In this document: positions 1 to 9,122 of the stretch, piece after piece
Layout of the letters: the number at the start of each line of letters is the position of its first letter
Numbering within the stretch: the first letter of the stretch is position 1
DNA from: Planctomycetota bacterium
GTDB taxonomy: Bacteria; Planctomycetota; B15-G4; SIAN01
Length of the DNA stretch: 64,000 nucleotides
Reading direction: 5' to 3'
NCBI GenBank assembly: GCA_028289345.1
Contig: JANQQL010000005.1
Location: 291,012-355,011, forward strand
Translations under genes and position numbers: made by a program
Notes under the pieces: generated by a model
What the model was told of the DNA's origin: nothing
The model's input: only the letters and a program-made list of their open reading frames with translations
Databases searched by the model: none

Positions 1-771
1 TCGCTTTTCCGGAGCATCGCTCATGCTCAGGCTGCGCGGGCGGCATTCCAATCGCCGGTCGCACTCGGGACAACGAAGAGTGCGTAGCACCCATGGCTCC
101 GGTTCGAACACCCGACGGCACTTGCGGCAGCTCAGGCACGTGCTGGCTTCCACATCACGCATCTCACGCTCGAAGCCGGCGCCCAGGAACTGCTCCTTCT
201 GGAGGATCTCCGGGATGGAGCGATTGGTTCCGGTGATCTTGTTGTTGCGATGAATGATCAGGATGCGGGCCAGGTCCCGACGCCCGACCCGGCCGGCCGA
301 AAACAGACTCATCAACGTCCAGCGATCGCGTCCCGCCACTCGCTGGCTGACCGGGCCGCTGACCTCGCGGGTTTCGGGCACCGTCGCCGGCGGCTTCCGG
401 CGCTTCGCAGGCACGGGTCGCGGTCGCGATTTCGAGGACCGCCCGGAACTTGGCGTCGACGTTCGCAAAGCCGACGACGATCCCTTGCGTCGACCGCGGC
501 TGTTGGAACCACTGCGCAGGGTCAGTCGGGTCTGGTCGAGCAGGGCCGATTGGCCGGGGCGCAGCTCCACCTTGGTGAGCACCCGGCTCCCGCAGCGGAG
601 ATGGCCGGTCTCGCCCACTTCCTCCAGCCGCACCCGGTCCGCACGAACGAACATCCGCAGACGAGCCCCCTCCCCCCCGTGCATGTGCGCCGAGGGGAAC
701 AGGAACACCCCGTCCCGCAGAGGGATCGTGACCGGCTCGCGGTCCGGTTGCTCAATCTCCAGAAACACCAT
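1..771 (-). CDS. hypothetical protein, 3'-partial (start ATG at 771-769, runs off the window start); globular N-terminal part, basic Ser/Arg/Pro-rich linker, C-terminal CxxC...CxxC zinc-ribbon
   Basis: Manual reverse-strand translation in the frame with codon starts at n=1 mod 3: MVFLEIEQPDREPVTIPLRDG...ILIIHRNNKITGTNRSIPEILQKEQFLGAGFEREMRDVEASTCLSCRKCRRVFEPEPWVLRTLRCPECDRRLECRP... Not in the ORF track because there is no stop inside the window. A TGA lies just upstream at 772-774. Confidence 0.35.
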   Translation of the reverse strand, partial: MVFLEIEQPDREPVTIPLRDGVFLFPSAHMHGGEGARLRMFVRADRVRLEEVGETGHLRCGSRVLTKVELRPGQSALLDQTRLTLRSGSNSRGRRKGSSSALRTSTPSSGRSSKSRPRPVPAKRRKPPATVPETREVSGPVSQRVAGRDRWTLMSLFSAGRVGRRDLARILIIHRNNKITGTNRSIPEILQKEQFLGAGFEREMRDVEASTCLSCRKCRRVFEPEPWVLRTLRCPECDRRLECRPRSLSMSDAPEKR

Positions 772-1308
772 TCAGGAGTCAGCTCCCGCCAGGAATCGAC
801 GAACAGGCGAACCGGACAAGGGGCGAACGGTTCCCCTCCGGCGAACAGATCCCGAACTCTCGATGTGTGGCTCTCGACGTTGCTGCGGCTCAGGCCTGCC
901 GCCAACCTTTCCAGCGAGCATCATGCCGCCCGGTTCGTCCCTGGTAAAGGCAGGCAATAGTTCGGAACTAGATCCAATGATCAAACGCTGCCCACTTCGA
1001 CTTGTGTTCGAAAACCAACGGGGAACAGGAGTTGGGCGAGTTCAGCTCTGAGTCGAGCGCATGCTCCCTCCGACACCGCGGGAATCTCCGCGTCGCCGCA
1101 AGGTCGCCAGAGTGCGCGGTTCTGAAACTGGAGCTGGTGTCGACGCACGGATCCTCTGGCGGAAAATCACGCCCGAGGAGATCCCTGTCCGGAAGTGTGA
1201 GGGGGCGGTTTCGCCGACGCGGCGTGGCCGAGGACAGTGAGGGGAAAGAAGGAGTGGTGAGGGAGAAGTTCGGGGATTCGCCAGGCCCGTGCTCTAGGAC
1301 AGATCCGA

Positions 1309-1324
1309 AACCGAAGCTTCGGTT
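1309..1324. promoter_or_regulatory. 16-bp perfect palindrome AACCGAAGCTTCGGTT in the intergenic region upstream of gltX
   Basis: Read directly: ...agatccgAAACCGAAGCTTCGGTTgccag... It is self-complementary over 16 nt and sits about 180 bp upstream of the gltX start. Confidence 0.25.
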
Positions 1325-1504
1325 GCCAGAGGAAGAGATCCTCCCTCACCACGGCAGGCGACGCTGAAAGCTCCGGCTTGCTCAGGGCCGGGCGAGGCAT
1401 CGCTTGCAGGAATCATTGCGTCATCCGCCGTCAGATCGGTCTGAGGTTTCGCTACACTCCCGCACTTTTTGCGATCGCCCCCCGTCCGGAAGGAAAACTG
1501 GCCC

Positions 1505-2971
1505 ATGCCCACCCCAGCACGCGTTCGCATCGCGCCAAGCCCCACGGGGGACCCCCATGTTGGCACGGCTTATACAGGGCTTTTCAACTGGATGCTGGCG
1601 CGCCAGACCGGCGGCCAGTTCATCCTTCGCATCGAAGACACCGACCGGCAGCGCAGCACCAACGAGTCCGAAGAAGCCATTCTCCGAAGTCTCCGATGGT
1701 TGGGACTGGAATACGACGAAGGACCGGACGTCGAGGGCCCCTACGGCCCCTACCGCCAATCCGAGCGGAGTGAGCTCTACCGCACCCACGTCCGAACCCT
1801 GATCGAGAACGGCAGCGCTTACCCTTGCTTCTGCACCGCCGAACGGCTTTCCGAAATGCGTGCTTTGCAGCGCAAGGAAAAGCGCGACCCGGGTTACGAC
1901 GGACAGTGCCGCAGCATCCCTGCCGACGAAGCTCAGCAACGCATGGACGCCAATGAACCCTACGTCATTCGCCTCAAAGTCGACAAGCAAGGGGCGACGG
2001 TGTTTCAAGACCACCTGCGAGGAGAGATCCGCATTGAGAACCGGACCATCGACGATCAGGTTCTGATGAAGTCCGACGGCTTTCCTACCTACCACCTCGC
2101 CAACGTGGTCGACGATCACCTGATGAAGATCACTCACGTTCTGCGGGCTGAAGAGTGGATCACCTCCACGCCGAAGCACGTGCTGCTGTATCAGGCGTTT
2201 GGCTGGGATCTTCCGGTGTTCTGCCACCTTCCGCTGCTGCGCAACTCGGACAAATCGAAGATCAGCAAGCGCAAGAACCCGACCTCCTTGGACCATTATC
2301 GAGAGAAGGGCTACTTGCCAGAAGCCATGTTGAACTTCCTTGCCCTCATGGGCTTTTCCCCTGCGGAAGGCGAAGGAGAGGAGGTTTTCACCCAGGACGA
2401 GCTGCGCCAAGTCTTTTCCTTGGATCGAATTTCTCTCGGCGGTCCGGTCTTCGACTTGACCAAGCTCGACTGGCTGAACGGCAACTGGATTCGTCGACTC
2501 GATCGAGACGACTTGACCAAGCGGATTCAAGCGGCGATCCCGGAAGGTCCCGCAACTGAAACCGGATTCATTCACTCGGTGTTGCCCCTGGTCCAAGAGC
2601 GAATGAAGACGATCCTCGACTATGCCGACTTGACCGACTTCTTCTTGGCTCCGTCGATTCACCTCACGAATGAATCGTTCCGTCGCGCGAAACTTCCCTC
2701 CGCCGACTTGGTCCGCGCCCTGGAACGTGCTCACGCAATCTTGAGCGAAGTCCCGGATCTAGATCCTGACCGAGATTCGGGACGTTTGCGTGAAGGAGCG
2801 GTGGATCTCGGCCTGAAAGTTGGTGGCTTCTTCATGGCCCTGCGCGTCGCCGTCACCGGAAAGTCTGCCACGCCACCGCTGATCGAATCCATGCAGGTGA
2901 TTGGACGGGATCAGAGCCTGGCGCGCATTCAATCCGCCATCGACTTCTTGCAGAGCGAGTCCGAGCTCTGA
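1505..2971 (+). CDS. gltX: glutamate--tRNA ligase (glutamyl-tRNA synthetase)
   Basis: Class I aaRS HIGH-type motif (PTGDPHVGTA) and KMSKS-like motif (KISKRK); full-length similarity pattern to GluRS. Start taken at the internal ATG 1505 (MPTPARVRIAPSPTG...), preceded by ggaagga. The track ORF begins at 1469. Confidence 0.93.
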   Translation: MPTPARVRIAPSPTGDPHVGTAYTGLFNWMLARQTGGQFILRIEDTDRQRSTNESEEAILRSLRWLGLEYDEGPDVEGPYGPYRQSERSELYRTHVRTLIENGSAYPCFCTAERLSEMRALQRKEKRDPGYDGQCRSIPADEAQQRMDANEPYVIRLKVDKQGATVFQDHLRGEIRIENRTIDDQVLMKSDGFPTYHLANVVDDHLMKITHVLRAEEWITSTPKHVLLYQAFGWDLPVFCHLPLLRNSDKSKISKRKNPTSLDHYREKGYLPEAMLNFLALMGFSPAEGEGEEVFTQDELRQVFSLDRISLGGPVFDLTKLDWLNGNWIRRLDRDDLTKRIQAAIPEGPATETGFIHSVLPLVQERMKTILDYADLTDFFLAPSIHLTNESFRRAKLPSADLVRALERAHAILSEVPDLDPDRDSGRLREGAVDLGLKVGGFFMALRVAVTGKSATPPLIESMQVIGRDQSLARIQSAIDFLQSESEL

Positions 2972-3264
2972 AGCTCCGCTGCCCTGGTTTCCGGCTTGCC
3001 ACCGGGAAATCCCTTCCCCCTCAGAATCCGCGGTAGGAAAAAGACCTGCGTTCCGTCGGGTTGCGCCACCCAGGCTTCAGGGACGGACCGGAGGACCCCG
3101 ATACCTTTCAACGGACCCGAAACGGGGCTCGTCGTGGGGTACGAGCAGTTCCGGGGGGCCATTGGGATTGGGGAAGGGCCACGGTGCGTCCGTTGCAGCC
3201 CGCACAAAAACCAAAGCACGGGGAACGCGCCTCTGGGTTCTCCGTGAGTCTGCGCGTCAAGGCG

Positions 3265-4821
3265 ATGGCATCGACCTTGATCGTGGTGGTTTCCATGTCG
3301 GCCGTGCTCGGCTTCATGGTGGAGAAGATCGCGTTCGACAGCGCGGCCCAATCCCAGATTGCGCGCATCGAGTTCACCCTGAATCAGATGGCAGTGGAAA
3401 ACAGCGACGCGTTCGTCGCTCCCGTCGATGCGGACGAGATCGCCCAGTGCCTCAACAAAGCGGTCGAAGCGCCGGGGGCCGTGTTTGCTGCGGCCTACGA
3501 CGACGGCGGCCAAGTGATTGCATCCGTGCGACGCTCCGGCTACGTCGGCAACCTCCGTCGTCATTTGTCGGAGTTTGGGAGGCACGGGGATCCCGATGTC
3601 TTCGACCCGATTCAAGGAAGTACCGGAATCTTGCTCGAGGAACGGAGGGTGTACGACTCGTCGGCGCAGGGGTCCCCGGCAGGAGCACCCACCGGGTCCG
3701 TCCTGATTGGACACACCCTCACTCCGGTCGAAGAACGGTTCGGCGTCGTTCGACGCAAGATCTGGTGCGTGATCGCTTTGGTCAGCGCGGTGGCTGCCTT
3801 ACTCGCCTGGCTCGCGAGTCAATCCTTGGTCGGCCCGATCCACGAACTCATCGCGGGAACGGTCCGAATCGCTCGCGGAGAGCACACCTACGTGGAGGTC
3901 AAGACCCGAGACGAGCTTCGCCACTTGGCCGACTCCTTCAACTCCATGAGTCGGGACCTGCGGAAATCCCGCTCCCAGCTCGCCGAGCAGAATCGAACCT
4001 TGGAGGACACGGTCCGTCAACGCACGCGCAAACTCAGCGAGGCCTACCAAGAACTCCAGGTCCTCGACAAGATGAAGGACGGTTTCTTGTCCTCGATCTC
4101 CCACGAGTTTCGCACGCCCCTCACCTCCATCCGTGCCTTCACCGAAATCCTCTTGGACCCCGAATTTGACGGCACCGATCGAGACGAGTTTTTGCGCATT
4201 GTCTTGAAGGAAGCGGAACGACTGGAGGGGCTGGTCAACGATGTGATGGATCTGGCCAAGATGGAATCCGGAGAAATGACCTTCCGGTTCAGCCCCACTT
4301 CTCCGGACAAGCCACTGCGAAGCGCTCTGGAATCCGTTCAGGAATTGGCGGCAACCCGCCAGGTCGAATTCGACGTCGAGTTGCCCGATCGACTCCCCGA
4401 TGCTCGCTGGGACTACGCGAAAGTGACCCGGGTCCTGCACGAGCTGTTGGAGAACTCCATTCGGTTCGCGCCATCGGGTTCGACGGTGGAGATCGAGATG
4501 AAGGACCTCGGCAATCGCGCTCGTTTCAGTTTTCGCGACTACGGTCCCGGAATCCCGGCGGACTCCCTGGAAAGCGTGTTTCAGAAGTTTCGGCAGGTGG
4601 GCGAAGGCATCACGGACAAACCCGAAGGTGCCGGACTGGGCCTTCCCATCTGCCGCAAGATCGCCGAGCAGCACGGAGGCTCCGTCCACGCGGAGCTTCC
4701 GGATGGCGTGGGAGCACGAGTCGTGCTTGTGCTCCCTTATGCCCCGCCTCTCCCGCCGGTCAGCAGCACGCACAAGGACTTCGTTCAAGAGGCGACGTCA
4801 CCGATCACCTCGTCTTCGTGA
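3265..4821 (+). CDS. sensor histidine kinase (TM segments, HAMP, HisKA, HATPase_c)
   Basis: H-box SISHEFRTPLTSIRAFTEIL. G-boxes (GPGIPADSLESVFQKF, GAGLGLPICRKIAEQHGG). N-terminal hydrophobic segments (MASTLIVVVSMSAVLGF; IWCVIALVSAVAALLAWLA). Start trimmed to the ATG at 3265. Confidence 0.88.
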   Translation: MASTLIVVVSMSAVLGFMVEKIAFDSAAQSQIARIEFTLNQMAVENSDAFVAPVDADEIAQCLNKAVEAPGAVFAAAYDDGGQVIASVRRSGYVGNLRRHLSEFGRHGDPDVFDPIQGSTGILLEERRVYDSSAQGSPAGAPTGSVLIGHTLTPVEERFGVVRRKIWCVIALVSAVAALLAWLASQSLVGPIHELIAGTVRIARGEHTYVEVKTRDELRHLADSFNSMSRDLRKSRSQLAEQNRTLEDTVRQRTRKLSEAYQELQVLDKMKDGFLSSISHEFRTPLTSIRAFTEILLDPEFDGTDRDEFLRIVLKEAERLEGLVNDVMDLAKMESGEMTFRFSPTSPDKPLRSALESVQELAATRQVEFDVELPDRLPDARWDYAKVTRVLHELLENSIRFAPSGSTVEIEMKDLGNRARFSFRDYGPGIPADSLESVFQKFRQVGEGITDKPEGAGLGLPICRKIAEQHGGSVHAELPDGVGARVVLVLPYAPPLPPVSSTHKDFVQEATSPITSSS

Positions 4822-4964
4822 GTCGGGTGTCCGAAAGATCCTTGCCACGTTGGCTCGCCCCTTCGCCGTTCCATCAAGAGGCCGAGTTGTAACCGCGGCG
4901 GCCCCGCAACGACATTCCTCCCATTCGTGGTCATTGCCGCTGGTTCCACGACCGGCGCTCGAAG

Positions 4965-5747
4965 ATGGAGGAAACCCCAATGCTTGGCCCCTTACTCTTG
5001 GCACTCACTACCTGGTTCGGTGTGGAAGACACGGAATCTGTCGGGGCGACCTCGCCTCCCAGTGCCAAGGCAGCTCTGCAGTCCGCCAGTCAAACGAAAC
5101 GCTCTTCCCACGGGAAGAAGGGCGAAGAAAAGCACGCCGTCTTGAAACAGGCCGCGGCGGAGTACGAAGCTGTGGCCAAGCAGTACCAAGGAACACCCGC
5201 TGCGGAAGCCTGGTTCCGAGCTGGCGAGATCCATCGCACCCTGCGTCAGGTGGAGCGTGCCTCCCATTGTTTCTCCCAAGCCGCCGGACAACGAGACTCC
5301 ACCGAGTTCGCGGCCCGAGCGTGCAACGAACTCGGCCATCTGGAGCGACGCACCAAGAACTATGACTCGGCACTTCAGCACTACGAAAACGTCGAGAAAG
5401 AGTTTCCGGATCAACGCAAAGAAGGAATTCGTTCATTGACTTGGCGAGGCAAGGTTCTGCTCCTGCAGGAGAAGACCGACGCTGCCACAGAGTTGCTCCT
5501 GTCGGTACGAACCCGGTATCCGGAGTTCCCCGTCGAGGCCGTACGCAACGTGGACCTGGTCGCAACCACGTGGATCAAAGCCGGACGGCTGTCAGAGGCT
5601 CGTCAGCTGGTCCAGGAGTGTCTCGAGTCTCTTGGCACCCCGCCGGAAGGCCAATCGGAAGTGGACGCGGAGGTTCAGCGTGCCCTCGATCGGATGAAGG
5701 CCACGGAGCAACTGGAAGCAGCATCGTCGGACTTGTCGCAGAACTGA
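4965..5747 (+). CDS. TPR-like repeat protein with N-terminal signal sequence
   Basis: Hydrophobic N-terminus (MLGPLLLALTTWF); helical TPR-like repeats (AEAWFRAGEIHRTLRQVERASHCFSQAA..., YDSALQHYENVEKEFP...). Confidence 0.55.
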   Translation: MEETPMLGPLLLALTTWFGVEDTESVGATSPPSAKAALQSASQTKRSSHGKKGEEKHAVLKQAAAEYEAVAKQYQGTPAAEAWFRAGEIHRTLRQVERASHCFSQAAGQRDSTEFAARACNELGHLERRTKNYDSALQHYENVEKEFPDQRKEGIRSLTWRGKVLLLQEKTDAATELLLSVRTRYPEFPVEAVRNVDLVATTWIKAGRLSEARQLVQECLESLGTPPEGQSEVDAEVQRALDRMKATEQLEAASSDLSQN

Positions 5748-5905
5748 TTCTCGTCCCCTGAGAACGCCCGCGGATCGGAGAGCCCTTCCCCGTTCCGCGG
5801 GTTATGCGACGGGTCTCCATGAAGTCCGGACCTCGAGTGTTGGACACTCGCAGACCGCGGAAGAAGACTCTCGGCGCTCTTTCGCAGGCCGCTGAAAATG
5901 GCCTG

Positions 5906-6451
5906 CTAGCGAACCATGCTGCGCAAATCCTCCGCAGGAGCGACGATTTGCTCAGGGGTGCCCGGGTCCACGACCAAGACCTCGGCTTGAGGATCTCCGA
6001 GAACCGCAATCAGACAATCTTCCACGGTCAGCACGACAAAAGTGGATCCGCGAGGGACGCGACTGGAGTCCGTGTGGGCCACGATGCTGCGCAGCTTCTT
6101 GACCCCCATTCGAACCGTGCCGTAGGAATAGGTGTGGTTGCCATCGTTCTCGACGGCTCCCGTCTCTCCCTGAAGGCGGGACAGCACTTTGGCGGTCAGC
6201 CCTTCATTGCTGCGAATGCGATCCACCAGGACATAGAGCTGCTTCCGCGGCCCCAAGGAGCGAAGCGCGGATCGACAGTCGACCACCGCGGGGCTCTCCG
6301 GTGGAGCAACGGTTTCCTGCTGCCCCAACGCATGGTCCAGGAAGCGAGGCACCCCGCTGGTGAGGACCCAATACCCCAGGCCGAGCGCGACCAGCGAAGC
6401 CACGGTTCCTTTGGCCGACATGACCTGGATCCTCCACGGGACGAGAGGCAC
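5906..6451 (-). CDS. hypothetical membrane-anchored protein (probable start at MSAKG, 6421)
   Basis: N-terminal TM-like segment VASLVALGLGYWVLTS; non-Arg-biased composition, unlike the overlapping + strand ORF; lies downstream of ugd on the same strand. Confidence 0.4.
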   Translation of the reverse strand: MPLVPWRIQVMSAKGTVASLVALGLGYWVLTSGVPRFLDHALGQQETVAPPESPAVVDCRSALRSLGPRKQLYVLVDRIRSNEGLTAKVLSRLQGETGAVENDGNHTYSYGTVRMGVKKLRSIVAHTDSSRVPRGSTFVVLTVEDCLIAVLGDPQAEVLVVDPGTPEQIVAPAEDLRSMVR

Positions 6452-6601
6452 GGTCCTACCGGATCATCCCGGCAGGGTTCTCCCTTTCCCGATCGACCAA
6501 ACCGATGCCCGACTTGACCGCCGTTCGGCGACCGTCAAGAGGATTGGTGGCTCCGAGGTGGCGAGACCCGGGAAGTGATTTCTCCCGAGACCCGGGTCGG
6601 A

Positions 6602-7909
6602 TCAGGGATTCTTGATCCCGATCCCGTAGTAGGCGAAGCCCTCGGAGCGCATGTGTGCGGGGTCGTACAGGTTGCGACCGTCGAACACGTTGGGAGCCCG
6701 CATCAGGGACTTCAGTTTGTCCAGATCCGGAACGCGGAACTCGTTCCAGTCGGTCACGACGCAGAGTGCGTCGGCACCTTCCACAGCGTCGTACATCTTC
6801 GCGTGGTAGGAAACCTTGTCTCCCAGCACGTCTCGGGTGGCATCGATCGCGATGGGGTCGCTGACCCGAACCGTCACTCCGGAATTCAGGAGCTGATCGA
6901 TCAATACCAGTGCCGGAGCTTCGCGAATGTCGTCGGTATTGGCTTTGAATGCCAATCCCCAGATGGCGACCGTTCGTCCCGAGAGATCTCCCGAGAAGTG
7001 CTTCTCCAGGAAGCGCATCAGGTGCATCTTCTGGTTTTCGTTGACCTCTTCGACGGCTTCCATGATGCGGAACTGGTAGCCGTATTCCCGGGCGGTGGAA
7101 ACCAACGCCTTGGAGTCCTTCGGGAAGCAGCTTCCTCCGTAGCCGACCCCCGGAAACAGGAACGAATGACCAATGCGCGCATCCGTACCAATGCCTTCCC
7201 GGACCTTGTTGACGTCGGCGCCGACCTTCTCGCAAATCTGGGCGATTTCGTTCATGAACGAGATTCGAGTCGCGAGCATCGCGTTGGCCGCATACTTGGT
7301 CAGCTCAGCGCTCAGCACGTCCATGATGATCATCGGATTGCCGGTGCGAACGAACGGCGAGTAAATGCGCTTCATGGTCTCGATGGCGTGGTCGTCGTCG
7401 GCTCCGATGACCACCCGGTCCGGCTTCAGGAAGTCGTTGACCGCCGCCCCCTCCTTGAGGAACTCGGGGTTGGACACCACCAGAATCGGGTGTTCAGAGT
7501 GCTCCTGGGCGGCTGCCTTGACCTTGGCCGCGGTGCCCACCGGCACGGTCGACTTGTCGACGATGATCTTTCGATCGTTGGCCGCCTTGCCAATGCTGCG
7601 GGCCGCTTCGAGGACGTACTGTAGATCGGCCGAACCGTCTTCCCCGGGAGGCGTGCCGACGGCGATGAAGATGACCTCGGATTCTTTCACCGCCTCCTCG
7701 AGGTTGGTGGTGAAGAACAGTCGCCCTTCCGAAGTGTTGCGGGCCACCAAGGTATCGAGACCCGGCTCGTAGATGGGAATCTCCCCCGCGTTCAGACGGC
7801 GGATCTTCTCTTCGACGATGTCCACGCAGGTCACGGTGTTTCCGGTCTCGGCGAGACAGGACCCGGCGACCAGACCGACGTAACCGGTCCCGACGACAGC
7901 AATCTTCAT
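6602..7909 (-). CDS. ugd: UDP-glucose 6-dehydrogenase family (UDP-glucose/GDP-mannose dehydrogenase)
   Basis: N-terminal Rossmann motif MKIAVVGTGYVGLVAG; catalytic GYGGSCFPKD motif. Start trimmed to MKIAV (7909). Confidence 0.88.
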   Translation of the reverse strand: MKIAVVGTGYVGLVAGSCLAETGNTVTCVDIVEEKIRRLNAGEIPIYEPGLDTLVARNTSEGRLFFTTNLEEAVKESEVIFIAVGTPPGEDGSADLQYVLEAARSIGKAANDRKIIVDKSTVPVGTAAKVKAAAQEHSEHPILVVSNPEFLKEGAAVNDFLKPDRVVIGADDDHAIETMKRIYSPFVRTGNPMIIMDVLSAELTKYAANAMLATRISFMNEIAQICEKVGADVNKVREGIGTDARIGHSFLFPGVGYGGSCFPKDSKALVSTAREYGYQFRIMEAVEEVNENQKMHLMRFLEKHFSGDLSGRTVAIWGLAFKANTDDIREAPALVLIDQLLNSGVTVRVSDPIAIDATRDVLGDKVSYHAKMYDAVEGADALCVVTDWNEFRVPDLDKLKSLMRAPNVFDGRNLYDPAHMRSEGFAYYGIGIKNP

Positions 7910-8456
7910 GCGACTTCCGTCCTTCCAGGGGCTTGGCGGCCCAGCAAGAGTCTTCGCCTCCCCAGGGGAGGCCACCACGTTGATGTCGGGAAAAAGGCCC
8001 CGAGAGGCTTAGCAGGCCGTTGAAAAAGTCTTCCGGCGGCGCCGTCAGTATCGAGGCCACCGACTCGCCTGCGGCCCGACTCCTCGACCCAAACGAAAAT
8101 CCCCCGGACGGTCACCCGAGGCCTCCTTTGACCGCCTGCGGACAGGCCGTTCCAAGAAGTCCTTCGGCTCAGGATCGGACGTTCTGGCCGATCTCGCCAC
8201 GGCTTTCCCGACAGCTTTCTCCGGGAGGCAGCGGACCTTCGCCGGCAAGACACCGCCAGCGAGGGGGAGCGAACCGCGATGTTCGGACACTCCCCGGAGA
8301 GGGGGACTGCGGCTTTATAGGAGCTGCCAGCCAGCGATTCCACTCCCGGTCGGCGGGCTCTCCTGCCCAGCCGCCGATTGCCGAAGAAAAGGGGATGTCC
8401 GGCTGCCGGGATACGATGCGCCGGACACCCCATTCTCGGCCCAAGGAGACCTGGTC

Positions 8457-9122
8457 ATGGCACGAGCGCTTGGTTCGCTTTCCTGGTTTGCCCCGTCGTC
8501 CCTCGCGGTTACTGCGTTGCTGGCCCCCGGATGCGCCTCGGCACCGCCAGAACCGGAACCGCAACCAGCCGCCACCATCGATCCACGAACGGAGCACGAA
8601 CTCGAGGTGACACGTGCTCTGGTCCAGAAGGCAGAAATGGAAGCCCGCAGCTTCGACGTGGAAGCGTCCCAGCGGGTGAGCCAAGCCAAAGCCAAGCTCG
8701 ACATGGCCAAACGCGAATTGAACGACTTCCTCGAACGCGCAGCCCCCCATCGGCTCGCCGAAGCACGACTTCGGTTGCAGGAAGCCAAAGACAGCGCTCA
8801 GGAAGCCGCCGAGGAACTGGAACAGATCGAGCTCATGTACGAGGGTCAGGATCTCGACGATCGGACCGCCGAGTTTGTCGTCCAACGCGGCCGACGGCAC
8901 GCCGAACGTCAGGCCGAGTGGCTGAAACTCGAAGAGCAGGCGCTCGTGTCCCTCGAACGCCACGAGCTGCCCCTCGACAAGATGAGCCTCGAGCTCGCGA
9001 TTCAAGAAGCCGAGTCCGAGTTTGCTGCGGCACAACGGGAACGGGAAATCGGCCAGTTGGAAAAGAAGATCGCGGTCTTAGAAGCCGAGGGAGAACTCGC
9101 GGAGCTCGGAGCGGCGAAATGA
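8457..9122 (+). CDS. coiled-coil lipoprotein, hypothetical
   Basis: Lipobox-like LLAPGCAS after a hydrophobic leader; the remainder is a long charged heptad-rich helix. Its stop overlaps the next gene start (ATGA at 9119-9122). Confidence 0.6.
   Translation: MARALGSLSWFAPSSLAVTALLAPGCASAPPEPEPQPAATIDPRTEHELEVTRALVQKAEMEARSFDVEASQRVSQAKAKLDMAKRELNDFLERAAPHRLAEARLRLQEAKDSAQEAAEELEQIELMYEGQDLDDRTAEFVVQRGRRHAERQAEWLKLEEQALVSLERHELPLDKMSLELAIQEAESEFAAAQREREIGQLEKKIAVLEAEGELAELGAAK

Noticed and set aside
1421-2734. 437-aa minus-strand ORF antisense to gltX
   Set aside because: It completely overlaps a confidently identified gltX in the opposite orientation. Its Arg/Gly/Val-rich composition is typical of a shadow ORF in high-GC DNA. 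The same reasoning applies to the other long antisense ORFs (8169..9035, 9179..10060, 15101..15931, 28965..29807, 33424..33942 and similar).
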